Shown piece after piece: positions 46,095 to 56,067 of a stretch of DNA of 64,000 bases. This stretch comes from Thermoplasmatota archaeon (GTDB taxonomy: Archaea; Thermoplasmatota; E2; JACPAO01; JAHFTW01), in assembly GCA_041601615.1 (NCBI GenBank), contig JBFIHX010000001.1, positions 128,001-192,000 on the forward strand. The letters are read 5' to 3'. Position 1 is the first letter of the stretch, and every line of letters begins with the position of its first letter. The position numbers were made by a program, and so were the translations under genes. The notes beneath the pieces were generated by a model, which was not told the origin of the DNA, ran no database searches, and saw only the letters and a list, made by a program, of their open reading frames with translations.

Positions 46095-48197
46095 GTGGCA
46101 GACTCGAAAGGGATGACGAACGTGGACGTGGCGGCCCTTGCAGGGGAGCTTCGGCGCTTGTTGGTGGGCGGTCGTTTTGATAAGGCGTACCAGCCGGCCA
46201 AGGAATCGATTTTGCTGCGGGTGCGCCGGAAGGGCGCCGGGCGCATTGATCTCTTGTTTGAATTGGGGCGGTTTTTGACGGTCACCAAGAGGCCGCCGGA
46301 GAATCCGAACAATCCGAGCATGGTGGCGAAGATTTTGCGCGGCACCTTCGAGAATGCTCGGCTTATTGACGTGCAGCAGATTGGCTTTGATCGCCTGCTG
46401 CGCATTACATTCGAGAAACAGGAAGTCCACAGCCTCGTTTTGGAGTTGTTTGGCGACGGCAATCTCTTGCTGCTGGATGCGGCGGGGACAATTGTGTTGC
46501 CGATGCGGGGCGTGGACCATGGGGCGCGTCGGCTTCGCAAGGGCGAGCCGTATGTGCCGCCGCCTGGTGGCGCGGAGCCGTTTGGCATGGACGAGGCGGC
46601 GCTTCGCGCTGCTGCGGCGGGTGCCCGCGCCAACGACCTTGTGCGGTTTTTGGCCTTGGACCTTGGTTTTGGCCCGTTGTGGGCGGAAGAACTCTGCTTG
46701 CGTGCGGAGGTCCCGAAATCGACGCTCCTCGAAGGTCTCGAAGATGCCCAGTGGGCGGCCGTGCACCGGACGATTCAAGTGTTGGCGGGCGAAATCGAGC
46801 GCAACGACTTGGCTCCTGCCGTGGTGTATCCTGGCGAGGGCGCAGAAGATGGCGCGGAGCCGGTTGCGGCTGTTCCGTTTCCGATGTTGCGCTACCCGGC
46901 GCCGAAGTTTGCGACTCAGGAGGCGCAGGCGTTCCGGGAGGCACTGGACACGTTCTATCGCGGTGACTCGGACGAGGGCGACGAGGAAGCGGACCCACGC
47001 AACAAGCGATTCAATGAGGCCCGCGGGAAGCTGCAACGCCAGGTCTCCCAAATGGAGGAAGCAATTAGTGAATTCGTGGACGAGGAAAAAGCACGCCATG
47101 CAGACGGCGACTCCTTGTATGGTGCGTACCAGCAAGTGGATGCGACTCTGAAGCAATTGCAGGCTGCGCGCGCCGCCGGTCGCAATTGGCAGGAGATTGC
47201 CGCCGTGTTGGATCAGGCTCGCGCCGCGGGACGCCCAGAAGCGCGGACGGTGCTCTCCATCACGCCCAAGGATGCCACTGCCGTGTTCGTGGTGCCGGAC
47301 CTGGAAACGGGTGCCCCTCGTGAAGTTGCAGTTGCATTGGACAAATCGGTTCAGGACAATGCCACGGCGCAATTTGAGGCTTCCAAGAAGGCCAAGAGCC
47401 GCCAGGCTGGTGCGATGGTCGCCCTAGAAAAGGCGCGGGCAAATCTCAAAGCACTCGAAGACAAGGGCCTGGATGGTTTCGGCGCGGCGCCCGTGAAGTC
47501 TGCGGGCCCGAAGCGACATTTTTGGTTCGAATCCTACCGTTGGACGCTCACCCCGAGCGGCCTCATTGCGGTGGGTGGGCGCAATGCCGGCCAGAACGAC
47601 CAGGTGGTCAAGAAGTACATGCGCGACGCGGATCGGTACGTGCACGCGGAAATCCACGGAGCACCGAGCGTCGTCGTGCGCCCGGCGGATGGGCCGAGCA
47701 TCGAGGCGACCGAGGAGGACCTGCGGGCGGCGTGTCAATTTGCGGCCATGAGCAGTCGCGCTTGGCGCCAATTTGGTGCCGCCAGCGCGTACTGGGTAAC
47801 TCCAGTACAGGTCAACAAGACGCCGCGTTCAGGTGAATTCGTTCCTCGTGGAGCTTGGATCATCCACGGCAAGCGCAATTTCGAGACCGGCCTGCCGATG
47901 CGTTGGGCCGTGGGTCGCGTTCGCTTTACGTTTGATGGCCGACCGGTGCCGAAAGATGAGCCGGATCCGGACCGCATGACGGAGAAACTGGTGGGCGGCC
48001 CGGAGAGCGGCATGGCGCCGTTTGCTCTTGCCATGATTATGCTGGAGCCTGGCGACATGGAGCCCAACGATGCAGCGCACGCGCTCGTGGAGGCCACCGG
48101 CGTCGAAGAGGAGGAAGCGCAGGCGGTTCTGCCCAATGGCCCCGTGCGGTTCGTGGATGCGCCTAGCAAGCTCGCGTCGGGAGTTTCGGGCTCGTGA
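46095..48197 (+). CDS. rqcH: Ribosome quality-control protein Rqc2/RqcH (NFACT family)
   Basis: QIGFDRLL, ELFGDGNLLL, coiled coils, WFESYRW, GGRNAGQND.VVKKY, HAEIHGAP, SRAW, GEFVPRGAW. Confidence 0.95.
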   Translation: MADSKGMTNVDVAALAGELRRLLVGGRFDKAYQPAKESILLRVRRKGAGRIDLLFELGRFLTVTKRPPENPNNPSMVAKILRGTFENARLIDVQQIGFDRLLRITFEKQEVHSLVLELFGDGNLLLLDAAGTIVLPMRGVDHGARRLRKGEPYVPPPGGAEPFGMDEAALRAAAAGARANDLVRFLALDLGFGPLWAEELCLRAEVPKSTLLEGLEDAQWAAVHRTIQVLAGEIERNDLAPAVVYPGEGAEDGAEPVAAVPFPMLRYPAPKFATQEAQAFREALDTFYRGDSDEGDEEADPRNKRFNEARGKLQRQVSQMEEAISEFVDEEKARHADGDSLYGAYQQVDATLKQLQAARAAGRNWQEIAAVLDQARAAGRPEARTVLSITPKDATAVFVVPDLETGAPREVAVALDKSVQDNATAQFEASKKAKSRQAGAMVALEKARANLKALEDKGLDGFGAAPVKSAGPKRHFWFESYRWTLTPSGLIAVGGRNAGQNDQVVKKYMRDADRYVHAEIHGAPSVVVRPADGPSIEATEEDLRAACQFAAMSSRAWRQFGAASAYWVTPVQVNKTPRSGEFVPRGAWIIHGKRNFETGLPMRWAVGRVRFTFDGRPVPKDEPDPDRMTEKLVGGPESGMAPFALAMIMLEPGDMEPNDAAHALVEATGVEEEEAQAVLPNGPVRFVDAPSKLASGVSGS

Positions 48198-49249
48198 AGA
48201 GGCTCAAGTACGATGTGTCCGGCGGCTATCTACGCCTCGGCATCGAGACCCTGGACGACCTTTGGCACCTGCGCAATCTCTTGCAAAATGGCGACTTGGT
48301 CACCATGGATACGTTTCGCACAGCTGAGACCAGCACGGACAAGTTGCGCGAGGGCAAGCAGGAGAAGAAACGCATGCGGCTCGGGGTGCGCGTGGAGTCG
48401 GTGGAGTGGCACGATTTTGACGACCATCTTCGCATCCATGGCGTCATTGAAGTCGGCCCCCAGGACCTCGGCCGGCACCATACGCACATTGTCCGCGATG
48501 ATCCGGGCGTCCAAGTAGACATCCAGAAACCCCCGCCGCTCACGCGTTGGGTACTGGATCTCGTGGACCAAGCCAAGAACGCAGCCCAAGCGCCACAGGT
48601 GGTGCTGCTTGCCATTGACGATTCGGAAGCGCAGTTTGCCGTGCTTCGTGGCTACGGCCTCCAATGGCTCGGTACCCTCGCTGCCGGCGGCCAGGGCAAG
48701 CAATTTAAGGGCTCGGCGGCGGCCAAGAAGGCGTTCTACGATGAGGCAACGGGCACGCTGAAGACTTTGCGCGTCAGCCCGGACGTGGCCTGCATTGTCG
48801 TGGGCCCTGGTTGGTGGCGCGAAGAATTCATTGATCACGTCCAGTCCAAGGATCCAGAGTTGGCCAAGGGAATTCTCACAGACGGCACGAGCCAAGGAGG
48901 GCGCGGAGGCGTCCAGGAGGCGCTGCGTCGAGGACTCATTGAGCGCGTTGCCCGCGACCATCGCATTCATTGGGAGACGCAGAAGGTCGAGGAGATCATG
49001 GCCCGCATTGCCAAGGGCGATGGACTTGTCGCCTACGGACCCGATGAGGTGCATCAAGCAGTGACTGCGGGTGCGGCCGACGAGGTGCTGATTACGGATC
49101 GCGCCGTGCGAGAAGGGCGCTTCGAGCCGGTGCTTCGGCAGGCGGAGGCGACTCGCTGCGCCGTGCACATTGTTGCCAGTGGCCACGACGCGGGACACCG
49201 GTTGGAGCAGTTCAGCGGTGTTGCAGCGTTGCTGCGGTTTGCCCTGTAG
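48194..49249 (+). CDS. pelA: Pelota (aDom34)
   Basis: ETLDDLWHLRN, RHHTH, VVGPG, AYGPDEV, GVAALLRF; GTGA overlap with rqcH. Confidence 0.95.
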   Translation: MKRLKYDVSGGYLRLGIETLDDLWHLRNLLQNGDLVTMDTFRTAETSTDKLREGKQEKKRMRLGVRVESVEWHDFDDHLRIHGVIEVGPQDLGRHHTHIVRDDPGVQVDIQKPPPLTRWVLDLVDQAKNAAQAPQVVLLAIDDSEAQFAVLRGYGLQWLGTLAAGGQGKQFKGSAAAKKAFYDEATGTLKTLRVSPDVACIVVGPGWWREEFIDHVQSKDPELAKGILTDGTSQGGRGGVQEALRRGLIERVARDHRIHWETQKVEEIMARIAKGDGLVAYGPDEVHQAVTAGAADEVLITDRAVREGRFEPVLRQAEATRCAVHIVASGHDAGHRLEQFSGVAALLRFAL

Positions 49250-49297
49250 CCGCGAAGCGCCTGAAAAGGCCGATTCCGGGTTCCGGCTGGGCCCGAA

Positions 49298-49924
49298 TTA
49301 GGCGTCGTAGTCGACGCTGAGGTCGGCAGTGTAGCTCATGGCCGGAGCGACGAGTAGATTGCTGGAGGCGCTGAAGGTCCAGTCGCCAGCAAGGAAGGGC
49401 GCCGAAGCAAGGTCGTAGGTGATGGTGACGGTGGAGCTGCCAGCCGCGGTCGGACTTTGGACGCCGTCGTAGGATTGGCCCACAGGATCCACGAGGCCGA
49501 AGTTGAGGCCGGGTTGCGCACCCACGGCGTCCGGCAACGGAAGGGGCCGGTCGTAGGTGATGCTGATGCGGATGGCGGTGGCGCCTTCATCCACATGGAA
49601 CGTCTTGGTGTCGCTTTGAACACTGGCGACGGAGGCTGCGACGGTGCCCGAGAGGTCGGCGGTGAAGGTGAGTTGGTCGTCATCGGCGTCTGGGGTGTTG
49701 TCGCCGTCGATGTCGCTGTCTTCGTGGTTCGGGATGCCGTCGCTGTCCATGTCGCCAGTCGCCGAGAGGCCAGGGTAGGTCTCGTTGAATGTCGCCATGG
49801 ATACGTTTGGTCCACTGTTGTTGTCGACGCTGTCTGTTGCATTGTATTCGTATGCAAAGACGCCCACCATGACGCTTACAAGCACCACTGCACCCACGAT
49901 TCCAACCACAGTATCCGTCTGCAT
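49298..49924 (-). CDS. Membrane-anchored extracellular protein with TSP3-like Ca-binding motif
   Basis: N-terminal TM helix; DMDSDGIPNHEDSDIDGDNTPDADDD. Confidence 0.7.
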   Translation of the reverse strand: MQTDTVVGIVGAVVLVSVMVGVFAYEYNATDSVDNNSGPNVSMATFNETYPGLSATGDMDSDGIPNHEDSDIDGDNTPDADDDQLTFTADLSGTVAASVASVQSDTKTFHVDEGATAIRISITYDRPLPLPDAVGAQPGLNFGLVDPVGQSYDGVQSPTAAGSSTVTITYDLASAPFLAGDWTFSASSNLLVAPAMSYTADLSVDYDA

Positions 49925-49926
49925 GT

Positions 49927-50787
49927 TCAGGCCTCGGAGACCTTGATGTCGTAATAGGTGTATTCGAGCTTGTTGAGGATGAAGCCGTTGCCTGTGTCGC
50001 CGTTGCCGCCGTGGTTTTGCTGGTCGGCGATGGCACAAAATTGGGCGCGGCGCACCAGTGCTTGGCTGGGGACCGAGGTGCCTAGTTCGACGTTGGGGCA
50101 GCGACCCACGGATTCGACCCAGATGCGTACGGTCCAGGTGCCGTGCGTGATGCGGGTGTCGCGTTGCACGATGGCGGCGGTGGCATCTTCGAGGGTGCCG
50201 TTTTGGCCGTCCTTGAAGGTGACAATTTGGCCTTCGGGTTTGCCGCCGAGGTTGAAGGCGACTCGGTAGAGGCTGACTTCGGGCGTATCGAAGTAGCGCC
50301 CGGGACCCTTCTGCTCATCGGGGAGTTCCTCGGTGGGCAGCGTTGGCTGCGGATTCGAGATTGCGACGGATTCTCCTGCGGGGTTCAGGAGTTCGATGAG
50401 GAATGAGTCGGGAAGCGATTCGGGGAAGTTTTCGATGAGGGTGACGAAGACGATGAGTTCGAAGATGTTGTTCTCGGCCAAGTCATAAGGGACATCCACT
50501 GCGTTCGATTCGCCTTGCAGAATGACGCCGGCAGTATCCGGAAACAGGTTGGAGCTCAGGACCGAGATGGGAAGTTCCACGGGCACGGATTCGTAGTCTA
50601 CACGGAACTGCGGATCCAGCACTTCTGTTTCGGGCAGGACGTTGACGAGCAGGACTGCCACAAGGAGCAACACGGCACCCACGACGCCCAGTGCGCCATC
50701 CAAGAAGCGTCCGCGACGCCGAGGGGGGCCTTCTCGCAGGACGACGACGCGGTTTTGGCCGGGCGGTGCTGGGCTGCCCTCGCTCAC
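49927..50787 (-). CDS. Membrane-anchored acidic extracellular protein
   Basis: Basic patch plus TM helix, acidic beta-rich body; 2-nt gap to the next gene. Confidence 0.7.
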   Translation of the reverse strand: MSEGSPAPPGQNRVVVLREGPPRRRGRFLDGALGVVGAVLLLVAVLLVNVLPETEVLDPQFRVDYESVPVELPISVLSSNLFPDTAGVILQGESNAVDVPYDLAENNIFELIVFVTLIENFPESLPDSFLIELLNPAGESVAISNPQPTLPTEELPDEQKGPGRYFDTPEVSLYRVAFNLGGKPEGQIVTFKDGQNGTLEDATAAIVQRDTRITHGTWTVRIWVESVGRCPNVELGTSVPSQALVRRAQFCAIADQQNHGGNGDTGNGFILNKLEYTYYDIKVSEA

Positions 50788-50983
50788 AGGCTTCGACGCG
50801 CCCCGGGACTCTTAGGGCTTGCGTGTACGTTCTCGAAGAATCTGCCACTGAATTTTGGTCCCCGCATGGTTGAGAAGCAAGCGCAGGAAAGTGGCGGTGC
50901 GGCAAACAAGGGGCAGAAGGTGGAGAGGGACGTGGGCCCATGATGCGATGGGACCGGTCGCTTCGAGGCTTGGAGCGTCGGGC

Positions 50984-51301
50984 CTAGAGGTGCTTTTGCA
51001 GCGAGCCCATCAAGGATTCCTTGGGCACGGCGCCGATGACCGTGTCCACTTTGACACCGTCCTTGTACACCATGAGCGTCGGGATGCTCATGACGCCTTG
51101 ATCGACGGCGGTGCTTTGGTTCTCGTCCGTGTTGAGTTTTCCAAAGGAGACGTCGGTCATTTCGCCGCTGAGTTCCTCAATGATGGGGCCGATGCGCTTG
51201 CAGGGGCCGCACCAGGGGGCCCAAAAGTCCACGAGGACGACGCCGGATTTCTTGGTGAATGCGTCGAAGTCGGCATCCGTCAGGGTTGCGACACTGCTCA
51301 T
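50984..51301 (-). CDS. trxA: Thioredoxin
   Basis: VDFWAPWCGPCK, SIPTL. Confidence 0.97.
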   Translation of the reverse strand: MSSVATLTDADFDAFTKKSGVVLVDFWAPWCGPCKRIGPIIEELSGEMTDVSFGKLNTDENQSTAVDQGVMSIPTLMVYKDGVKVDTVIGAVPKESLMGSLQKHL

Positions 51302-51319
51302 GCGGACTCCTTACCTGTA

Positions 51320-51352
51320 CCGGACGAAAAACGGTTTGGTCCGAGCTGGGCG
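51320..51352 (+). repeat. Direct repeat copy 1 (overlaps the probable trxA promoter)
   Basis: ccggacgaaaaacggtttggtccgagctgggcg matches 56086-56116 except for two 1-nt indels. Confidence 0.85.
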
Positions 51353-51520
51353 CCTTCCAAAACATCCCAACCGTTCCAAAAAGGCGGGAGGGCAGTAGCC
51401 CCTAAGGAGTAAGCGACCCAATCGCATGCTCAGGGAGTAATCTCCAAAATATGGGCTCATGCCGGTCGTGGCCGTTGCAAGGAGACATCCCCTTGGTTTT
51501 GGAATAGGGCCTGTCAGAAG

Positions 51521-52699
51521 TCATTCTGTCTTCTCTGCCGTGGTGAAGGATTGTGCCGTGAGGCTTCCAAGGTCCACGCCGACCATGATTCCGTAGCAAC
51601 CAGAGTCGGTGGCGCACGTTGCTCCTTCGATTGTGAATCGGATGGGTCCAGGCGGGGCGAGGCCCGCGTTGATGGCGTAGGTGCCGCCAAGGCCGTCGCA
51701 GCCTTCGAGGCATTGATACCCTCCTTGACCGTTTGTGTAGTTGACTCGGGCCCGATACATATGGTCGGGGGCGTCGATGCGGTAGGTAGCGTCCTGAAGC
51801 CCTTCGGGTCGGACCCAAGGCAAGAATGTGTAGAGCAGTTCCCCCTGGGTTTCCCACTCCAGGCTGGACTCCCCAAAGATGCGCAAGTTGGCGTGTCGAG
51901 GGTAGTTTTGATCGACAGCCAAGCCCACCACTTGTTCCAACAGGGGTTCATCGTAGGCGAATGCACTCGTTGCGCCCGTACGCAGACGTAGGCTTGCGTT
52001 GATCGGCAATTCGAGGGTGAGGTTGAATTCGGGCATGGTCCGGTAGCCGGTCTCGTTGGTGGCAACAAACACCAGACGGATCGGGTGTTCATCCATTTCG
52101 ACCTCAAGCGGGAATTCTTGGTTGTATGCGACCGATGCATTCCCAGTATTGCCCGTGGGCATGGACAGTTCGACACTTGGCGCGAGTCCTGTTCCTACCA
52201 TTGTCGTGTACGTTCCGGGGGTTCCAATCGCGATGATTCCGCTACGAAGCACATCGACATGGGCCGGCGGCGACTGCCGAGGCAATTCCAAGTCCCGAAG
52301 GAGCATTGCAGCATACAAGTCCACATCCACTTGATTTCGTACTTGTGTCTGTTGCGGGGTGTCAACGCTGGCCGGGGCGGGAGTCCAGTTTGCCAAAAAC
52401 TTCCACCCCAAGAGCACATTTTCTCCTGGACAAACACAATCCACAATGACTTCCATCGCTGTCTTGTCTGCCGGCCACGTCGTCAAATGGATCAGTTGCG
52501 TTCCCCGCTCGGTCAAGACTCCTACCGTGGGGGAGTCGCCGTCCGGGCGCTCAACGTCGCCCATGGGGTTCAGGCAACCTGCAATCAGCGGTAATACCAG
52601 CAAGGACAGAACACACAAGGCTCGTGGCACGAGTGATGTGCCTTGCACTACAACGACGGCAGCAGAAATCGAATGAATGATGCGACGCTTGGTACACAT
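51521..52699 (-). CDS. Hypothetical lipoprotein
   Basis: Lipobox LIAGC; start 52699 (ATG) or 52630 (GTG); Cys pairs in the C-terminal part. Confidence 0.65.
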   Translation of the reverse strand: MCTKRRIIHSISAAVVVVQGTSLVPRALCVLSLLVLPLIAGCLNPMGDVERPDGDSPTVGVLTERGTQLIHLTTWPADKTAMEVIVDCVCPGENVLLGWKFLANWTPAPASVDTPQQTQVRNQVDVDLYAAMLLRDLELPRQSPPAHVDVLRSGIIAIGTPGTYTTMVGTGLAPSVELSMPTGNTGNASVAYNQEFPLEVEMDEHPIRLVFVATNETGYRTMPEFNLTLELPINASLRLRTGATSAFAYDEPLLEQVVGLAVDQNYPRHANLRIFGESSLEWETQGELLYTFLPWVRPEGLQDATYRIDAPDHMYRARVNYTNGQGGYQCLEGCDGLGGTYAINAGLAPPGPIRFTIEGATCATDSGCYGIMVGVDLGSLTAQSFTTAEKTE

Positions 52700-52754
52700 G
52701 CCTCTCGCACGGTTTTTAGAAATGAAAGAGGAGGATAAGGGATTTGGCGTCAAC

Positions 52755-54413
52755 TCAGCATACCCCTGGGCCCGAGCCTGCTTGGCCGGGGCTGGCGGTC
52801 CCACTGTTGCCGGTGCCGGCCGTTCCGGGCAAACCAGCTGGCTTGCCCGCACCGCCCGATCCACCATTGCCGCCGTTGCCATTGCTGTTGGCTCCGCCAC
52901 CGTTGCCACCACGCCCACAGATTCCATTTCCACCATGGCCTGCCGTGGCCGCCCCGGACGAACCTGAGCCCCCTGCGCCACCATGGCCACCGGCACAGTC
53001 AGGGATGAGCGGTGCATGGGCTTGACCACCGTTGCCTCCGTCACCGCCTTTCCCTCCGGTGCCAGTGGAGGACGCCGAGCCGCCGTTTCCGCCGTTGCGT
53101 TGCCCTTGCCCGCCATTTCCGCCGCTTGCAGCAAAGGACTGACCGAATGCCCCCGGCCCGCCGTTGCCGCCGTCTGTGCAGCCAAATGGATCGTCCCGAC
53201 CGTTGCTGCCATCAGTTCCATCTTGGCCGTTGCCGTTGCTGCATCCGTCGCCGCCATCCCCGCCATCTCCAATGTAGTTGGGAAGGCCAGAGGATCCGTG
53301 TTGAACTGCACAATTTTGATTGTTGTTGACAAGATTGTACAATATTCTTACCACATTGTCAATGCCAGCAGATTGGATGGCGTCGTTAACGGTGCTAACG
53401 AGATCACCAGTGCCTGGGATTGGTAGTGGCCCTGTTACGAGGCCAACAACATAAGACACAACCGGGTCAATCGTACCCAAACAATCGTCGTCGCAGACGG
53501 GGGGCACGCAGTCGTTTTCGCATACCGGAGGCACACAGCCTCTTTCACAAACTGGCGGCACGCAGTCGCTTTCGCATACCGGAGGCACACAGCCACTTTC
53601 ACAAACTGGCGGCACGCAGTCGGTTTCGCAGATGGGTGGCACGCAATCATCCGTACATTCGGTTGGCGGCAAGCATGTTATCTTGTACTGGCCTACCTTT
53701 GGGGCTTTGTTGCAGTCCAAGAAATCGAGGCTGAACGTGATGTCGGTGTTGATGAGGTCCTTCCATGGTAGCGCGGCGGCGGTTGTGGTCGGAGGGCCGA
53801 GGATGACGGGGAGGTCACGCGGCAGGACTTCTTCGTTGAGTGTGATGAATCCGCTCGTGCCGCCGTCGCCGCCGTGTGCAGGGCCCGCGTAGTTGATGCC
53901 GGTGGCGTAAGCGTGGCCTCCGTCGCCGCCTGCTCCCGGCATGAGTAGGCCGGGAAGGGTGGCGGTGTCGGCGTTGATGCGGATGCTTCCGCCGGCTCCA
54001 CCGTCGCCTGCTGCGGCAAGTCTTGTACCGAGGGCGCTGCCACCGGCTCCACCGCTGCCTGCTTGGACGTATGCACCGGTCTCGATATGGACAACTCGTG
54101 CGGCAAGCGTGATGCTGCCTCCGTCGCCTCCGTCGGTCGCCGTGGCAGCGTCCGCGACGACCGGAAGACCGGCCAGTCCATCCGATCCCATGATGCGGGC
54201 GCTGTCGGCGAGGTGGATGGTGTCGGCGGAAAGGGTCAGGTCGCCAACGGCATGGATTGTTCCTTCGATGCGGATGGTGTCGGCGTTGATGACGCCGGAA
54301 AGATTGACGGTCTCCCCTTCTAGGACCGTGAAGTCCGTGGGGGTGCTTGCGGTCGTTGGGCCTACACTCGCCAACACAAGGGCGAGGACGGCTGCATACA
54401 GTATGGCTTTCAC
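52755..54413 (-). CDS. Secreted glycine-rich protein with central Cys-Pro tandem repeats
   Basis: Signal peptide MKAILYAAVLALVLAS; GGxGG-rich blocks; (CVPPVCExD/G)n. Confidence 0.8.
   Translation of the reverse strand: MKAILYAAVLALVLASVGPTTASTPTDFTVLEGETVNLSGVINADTIRIEGTIHAVGDLTLSADTIHLADSARIMGSDGLAGLPVVADAATATDGGDGGSITLAARVVHIETGAYVQAGSGGAGGSALGTRLAAAGDGGAGGSIRINADTATLPGLLMPGAGGDGGHAYATGINYAGPAHGGDGGTSGFITLNEEVLPRDLPVILGPPTTTAAALPWKDLINTDITFSLDFLDCNKAPKVGQYKITCLPPTECTDDCVPPICETDCVPPVCESGCVPPVCESDCVPPVCERGCVPPVCENDCVPPVCDDDCLGTIDPVVSYVVGLVTGPLPIPGTGDLVSTVNDAIQSAGIDNVVRILYNLVNNNQNCAVQHGSSGLPNYIGDGGDGGDGCSNGNGQDGTDGSNGRDDPFGCTDGGNGGPGAFGQSFAASGGNGGQGQRNGGNGGSASSTGTGGKGGDGGNGGQAHAPLIPDCAGGHGGAGGSGSSGAATAGHGGNGICGRGGNGGGANSNGNGGNGGSGGAGKPAGLPGTAGTGNSGTASPGQAGSGPGVC
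53481..53675 (-). repeat. 27-bp coding tandem repeat (about 7 units) with 54-bp higher-order period
   Basis: 53508-53561 and 53562-53615 differ at 2 of 54 nt; encodes CVPPVCExD/G. Confidence 0.9.
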
Positions 54414-54530
54414 TTGAATCACTGCCCATTGTCGGGCAGTCAAGGATTGGGGCAGGGTACATAGCTCGCATACTCCCAATCTGCATATTCTAGCGGCTAT
54501 GGGCCGATTGATTGGCCCGTTCCTATCGCA

Positions 54531-55085
54531 TTAAACCGGTTCTGGATCAATTATGTGCATCATTTCAATCAATGTTCGAGTTGCCCAGTACACGCGGCTC
54601 GGGTCCTGCGAGGTCTGTACAAGCCCACGAGCCTGCAATTCTCGTAGAAATCGATGTGCTGTACAGTGCATTGAACCTGCGGCATGAGCAAGTTCGACTT
54701 GCGGCACGCGACGCTGAACAAGACACCGCAGCATTTTCTGACGCACAGGGTCTTGAAACAAGCGATGCACGATAGCTTCCACGGACGAGCGTTCTGATCG
54801 ATGCAAAAGTGTCTCTCGACCCCAGCGCGTCCGTTGAATCAACCCTACTTGCTCCAGTGCAAAAGCATGGTAAGCAACTGTTTTAGCATGAAGGCGTGAC
54901 CAATTTGCAACATCAACCACCGAACAAACTGTTTTTCGATCCAGTGTTGCCATGATTCGCTCCGACCCCGATTCTATATTCTTAGTCTTGCTGGTGGCAA
55001 CTTGCGCCCTGAACACCATATCAGCCCTACGCGAGCTTACTCCAGCCAAGTCATTTTTGGAGCAAACGCCGGCATTAGGCGTCAT
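54531..55085 (-). CDS. Tandem winged-helix DNA-binding protein
   Basis: TVAYHAFALEQVGLI and ELAHAAG...HRFLRELQARGLV HTH-like segments; ATGA overlap with the upstream ORF. Confidence 0.65.
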   Translation of the reverse strand: MTPNAGVCSKNDLAGVSSRRADMVFRAQVATSKTKNIESGSERIMATLDRKTVCSVVDVANWSRLHAKTVAYHAFALEQVGLIQRTRWGRETLLHRSERSSVEAIVHRLFQDPVRQKMLRCLVQRRVPQVELAHAAGSMHCTAHRFLRELQARGLVQTSQDPSRVYWATRTLIEMMHIIDPEPV

Positions 55086-55378
55086 GATAGGTCCGCCTCC
55101 AGTGCGTTGACGGGCCATTTTGCAGCATCAAGTTCGAGCCGGGCGCCGTTGGGTCCGCTGGCAAACAGTGTGCCGTCGCGGCATCGCCAGAAGCCCCATG
55201 TGCCTTCGTCTAGGTCCTTCAAGAGTTGCCGGTGTTGCTTCGTGATCTGCAACCATGCAAGGCTCTGCCATGTCGCTCCGGCTCGTGGTTTCAAGAGTTC
55301 ATCCAGGCCCTTCGGGTCGCGGTTTCTGCGGGTCCGCGGATCAGTGCATTGGGTTCGGCGCTTGCTGTCGCTCGTCAT
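55082..55378 (-). CDS. Small hypothetical protein
   Basis: Its stop overlaps the HTH gene start (ATGA); no recognised motif. Confidence 0.45.
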   Translation of the reverse strand: MTSDSKRRTQCTDPRTRRNRDPKGLDELLKPRAGATWQSLAWLQITKQHRQLLKDLDEGTWGFWRCRDGTLFASGPNGARLELDAAKWPVNALEADLS

Positions 55379-56067
55379 GAGGGGCCTCAAAGTGGAATTC
55401 GTGGTTGGTGCCCGCCTCGTACCGCGTTTGGTGGTTCAAGGCACGAGGCGGGCGGCGCCCTCAGAAAATCCCGGGGGCGCCATGGTTGCTGCACGAGTCA
55501 TACCCGCGTGTCATGGGCGACTCGTGCAACGTCGTGGTCGGCACTAACCGAGGCTAGCTTGTCCCCCCTGCCCGCCCCTTTTGGGCAAGGCCGTTGGTTG
55601 GGACTCGAAGAACTGACCACTACCGGTCGTGGCGCGGGGCAAATTGGAGACTGAATCCCCGTCCCATCCGTGAACAAAGGTATGCTGCCATGGAAGACTC
55701 TGGGACGGGGAACTTTGGTGGTGTTCGTCTTCCATGGGTTCTGCCTCGATGCATTCGCGCAGCATGGGTCCGACCAGACCCACACCGTTGCGTCGCAAAA
55801 ACGTACACTTCGCCGTTCCTCCATGATGCGCCTAGACGCGGCACATAGGCGCGTCTGGAGGCCCCAATGCCACCTCTCCCTTGAGCAGCCCGTTTGGCCT
55901 CCGTTCAAACCTCTTCTGGCCACCAGGGCCGGTCCCACCTTACCTAGAGGGGGCCAACCCCACATCCTTTAACCCGTCGTGCCGCTTGGGCCAATAGAAG
56001 GCAAGGTAACCCCTCGCCCTCCCTAGCCGGGACCCCTCGATGGTCTCGGCTCATGAACCATGTTGCG

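Noticed and set aside
44934-47372. 812-aa minus-strand ORF
   Set aside because: The upstream part is antisense to rqcH. Only 44934-46040 looks coding.
51521-53332. 603-aa ORF overlapping the Gly-rich gene as a real overlap or frameshift fusion
   Set aside because: The extension is the Ala/Thr/Met-rich shifted reading of GGC-rich codons. A lipobox signal near 52630-52699 marks the real start.
53481-53675. Regular repeats as a CRISPR array
   Set aside because: The units are contiguous, in frame, vary mainly at codon level and have no unique spacers. No cas genes are present.
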